From positions 1-58,312 of IMG/VR virus record IMGVR_UViG_3300017706_001678: a stretch of DNA of 58,312 nucleotides. The stretch is one strand, 5' to 3'. Source of the DNA: a virus (taxonomy: Duplodnaviria; Caudoviricetes). The position numbers and the translations under genes are program-made. The notes below the pieces were generated by a model. That model worked only from the letters and a program-made list of their open reading frames with translations, was not told where the DNA came from and did no database searches. This document shows, piece by piece, positions 57,227 through 58,312 of the stretch (positions are counted from its first letter, which is position 1; each line of letters starts with the position of its first letter).

Positions 57227-58312
57227 ATGTTAAGAGGACATAGAAGTACTTTCAAGCCTACATCAGGCTCATGTTTAGACAGAAATAATTCGCCTTTGGG
57301 AATAACCCAAAGTATAGGTCTAGGTGAAAACACAGACGTAGGATTTAATTCAGGTGATAATTTTACTGATTTTGAACTCGCACCTGACGTAACTATAATT
57401 GATGTTCCTTCTGACGCTTCTATTGTTAGAGTTTATACAACCGCTGCAGGTAAGCAAGCTGCTTGCATTACCTATAGGGATCCATGTAATAACGGTGGAT
57501 CATTCTCATGTCCTGCAGATTCTGGTTGCTGTCCAGCATGTACAACTGGGATTTGTTGCGTTCCAGAAACCGGTGAATGTAACAATGGTATTTGTGAGGA
57601 GGATTGTGAGGGCTGCTGGACAAAGTTTGATGTTGACGCGTCACAGGACGATATTGATGCCAAATGTGAATATTGTGGTAAGTGTGCTTGTTGTGAAGAA
57701 GGTAGCGATTCTCCATATTGTGAATGTAGTGAAGATGGTGTCACTCCACCAGAAGACGGTTCCGGAGCCCTTTGTTTTTTGGTTCCGGCGGCCGGCTGTA
57801 GAGCGGTAGATAGTTGTACCGAATGTGATCTCGACCCTGATCCGGGTTGGAGATGTGAAAGTGCTGATTGTTCTAGCGGTTATAGTGATTGTCAGTGTCG
57901 CTTCTTTGAAACTGGAGGTGGTGCGGCATCAAAAGAAGAATGTGAGGAAGCAAATCCAAGCTGTAAAGGTGGTGCCGAACCCGGAGAACGGATATTTCAG
58001 TGTTGTGGGTCCGGCTGCGAACCCGTGGTGATCCCTATTGGCGGTGGTCAGCCGATAATATGTGCGGGTTCATCTGGTTTCTTCTGCACCGAAGGAGACT
58101 GTAACAAATGTTGTTCTAAAGGTGTAACTGAGTTTAGCCGGACAAACAGTGCATATGCATCTTCAGTTATTCCTGCATTCTCTACAAAAAAAAAAAATGC
58201 TGGTGATAACTTATCTGCAACACAAAAATCAATTCTCGATAGAGGAAAACCAACTCTTACCACTGCAACAGCAATTAATGCTAGTGATACGAAAGCATAT
58301 AATGCAAGATTA
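57227..58312 (+). CDS. Cysteine-rich protein, 3' end outside window (absent from the supplied ORF track)
   Basis: ATG at 57227 (MLRGHRSTFKP); frame open for 362 codons to the window end; 38 Cys by manual count, including GCC, GICC, CACC and KCC. Confidence 0.8.
   Translation, partial: MLRGHRSTFKPTSGSCLDRNNSPLGITQSIGLGENTDVGFNSGDNFTDFELAPDVTIIDVPSDASIVRVYTTAAGKQAACITYRDPCNNGGSFSCPADSGCCPACTTGICCVPETGECNNGICEEDCEGCWTKFDVDASQDDIDAKCEYCGKCACCEEGSDSPYCECSEDGVTPPEDGSGALCFLVPAAGCRAVDSCTECDLDPDPGWRCESADCSSGYSDCQCRFFETGGGAASKEECEEANPSCKGGAEPGERIFQCCGSGCEPVVIPIGGGQPIICAGSSGFFCTEGDCNKCCSKGVTEFSRTNSAYASSVIPAFSTKKKNAGDNLSATQKSILDRGKPTLTTATAINASDTKAYNARL

Noticed and set aside
57399-58031. Track ORFs 57399-57809 and 57825-58031 as genes
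   Set aside because: They are alternative frames of the longer open Cys-rich frame that starts at 57227
436-58263. The many minus-strand and nested short ORFs in the track
   Set aside because: They overlap well-supported + strand genes and lack recognisable motifs; they are consistent with shadow ORFs

Overview
A 58-kb, AT-rich segment of a large T4-like myovirus, almost certainly an uncultured environmental phage. All credible genes are on the + strand. In order it contains: the 3' end of major capsid gene 23, gp3, uvsY, uvsW, gp55, gp47, a degenerate SET-domain gene, gp46, a PLP-enzyme plus amino-DNA-methyltransferase pair, gp45, gp44, a GroES-like gene, gp62 and regA. Next come a ~10-kb, 12-gene glycan cluster (13.6-23.5 kb) and a ~12.7-kb block of collagen/fibre/adhesin genes. 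These are followed by dUTPase, a DUF1599-like gene, gp43, uvsX (interrupted by one in-frame TAA), gp41, gp61 and thyX. A second ~14-kb virion-appendage block ends in a Cys-rich ORF that runs off the window. The best candidate for an undescribed system is virion glycosylation: a sugar-activation and glycosyltransferase cluster ending in a GT2-TPR enzyme sits beside structural proteins dense in a G-x-T motif that is nearly absent from the DNA polymerase. All family assignments come from motif recognition and synteny by eye; no database searches were run. No tRNAs, CRISPR arrays, introns or inteins were seen.
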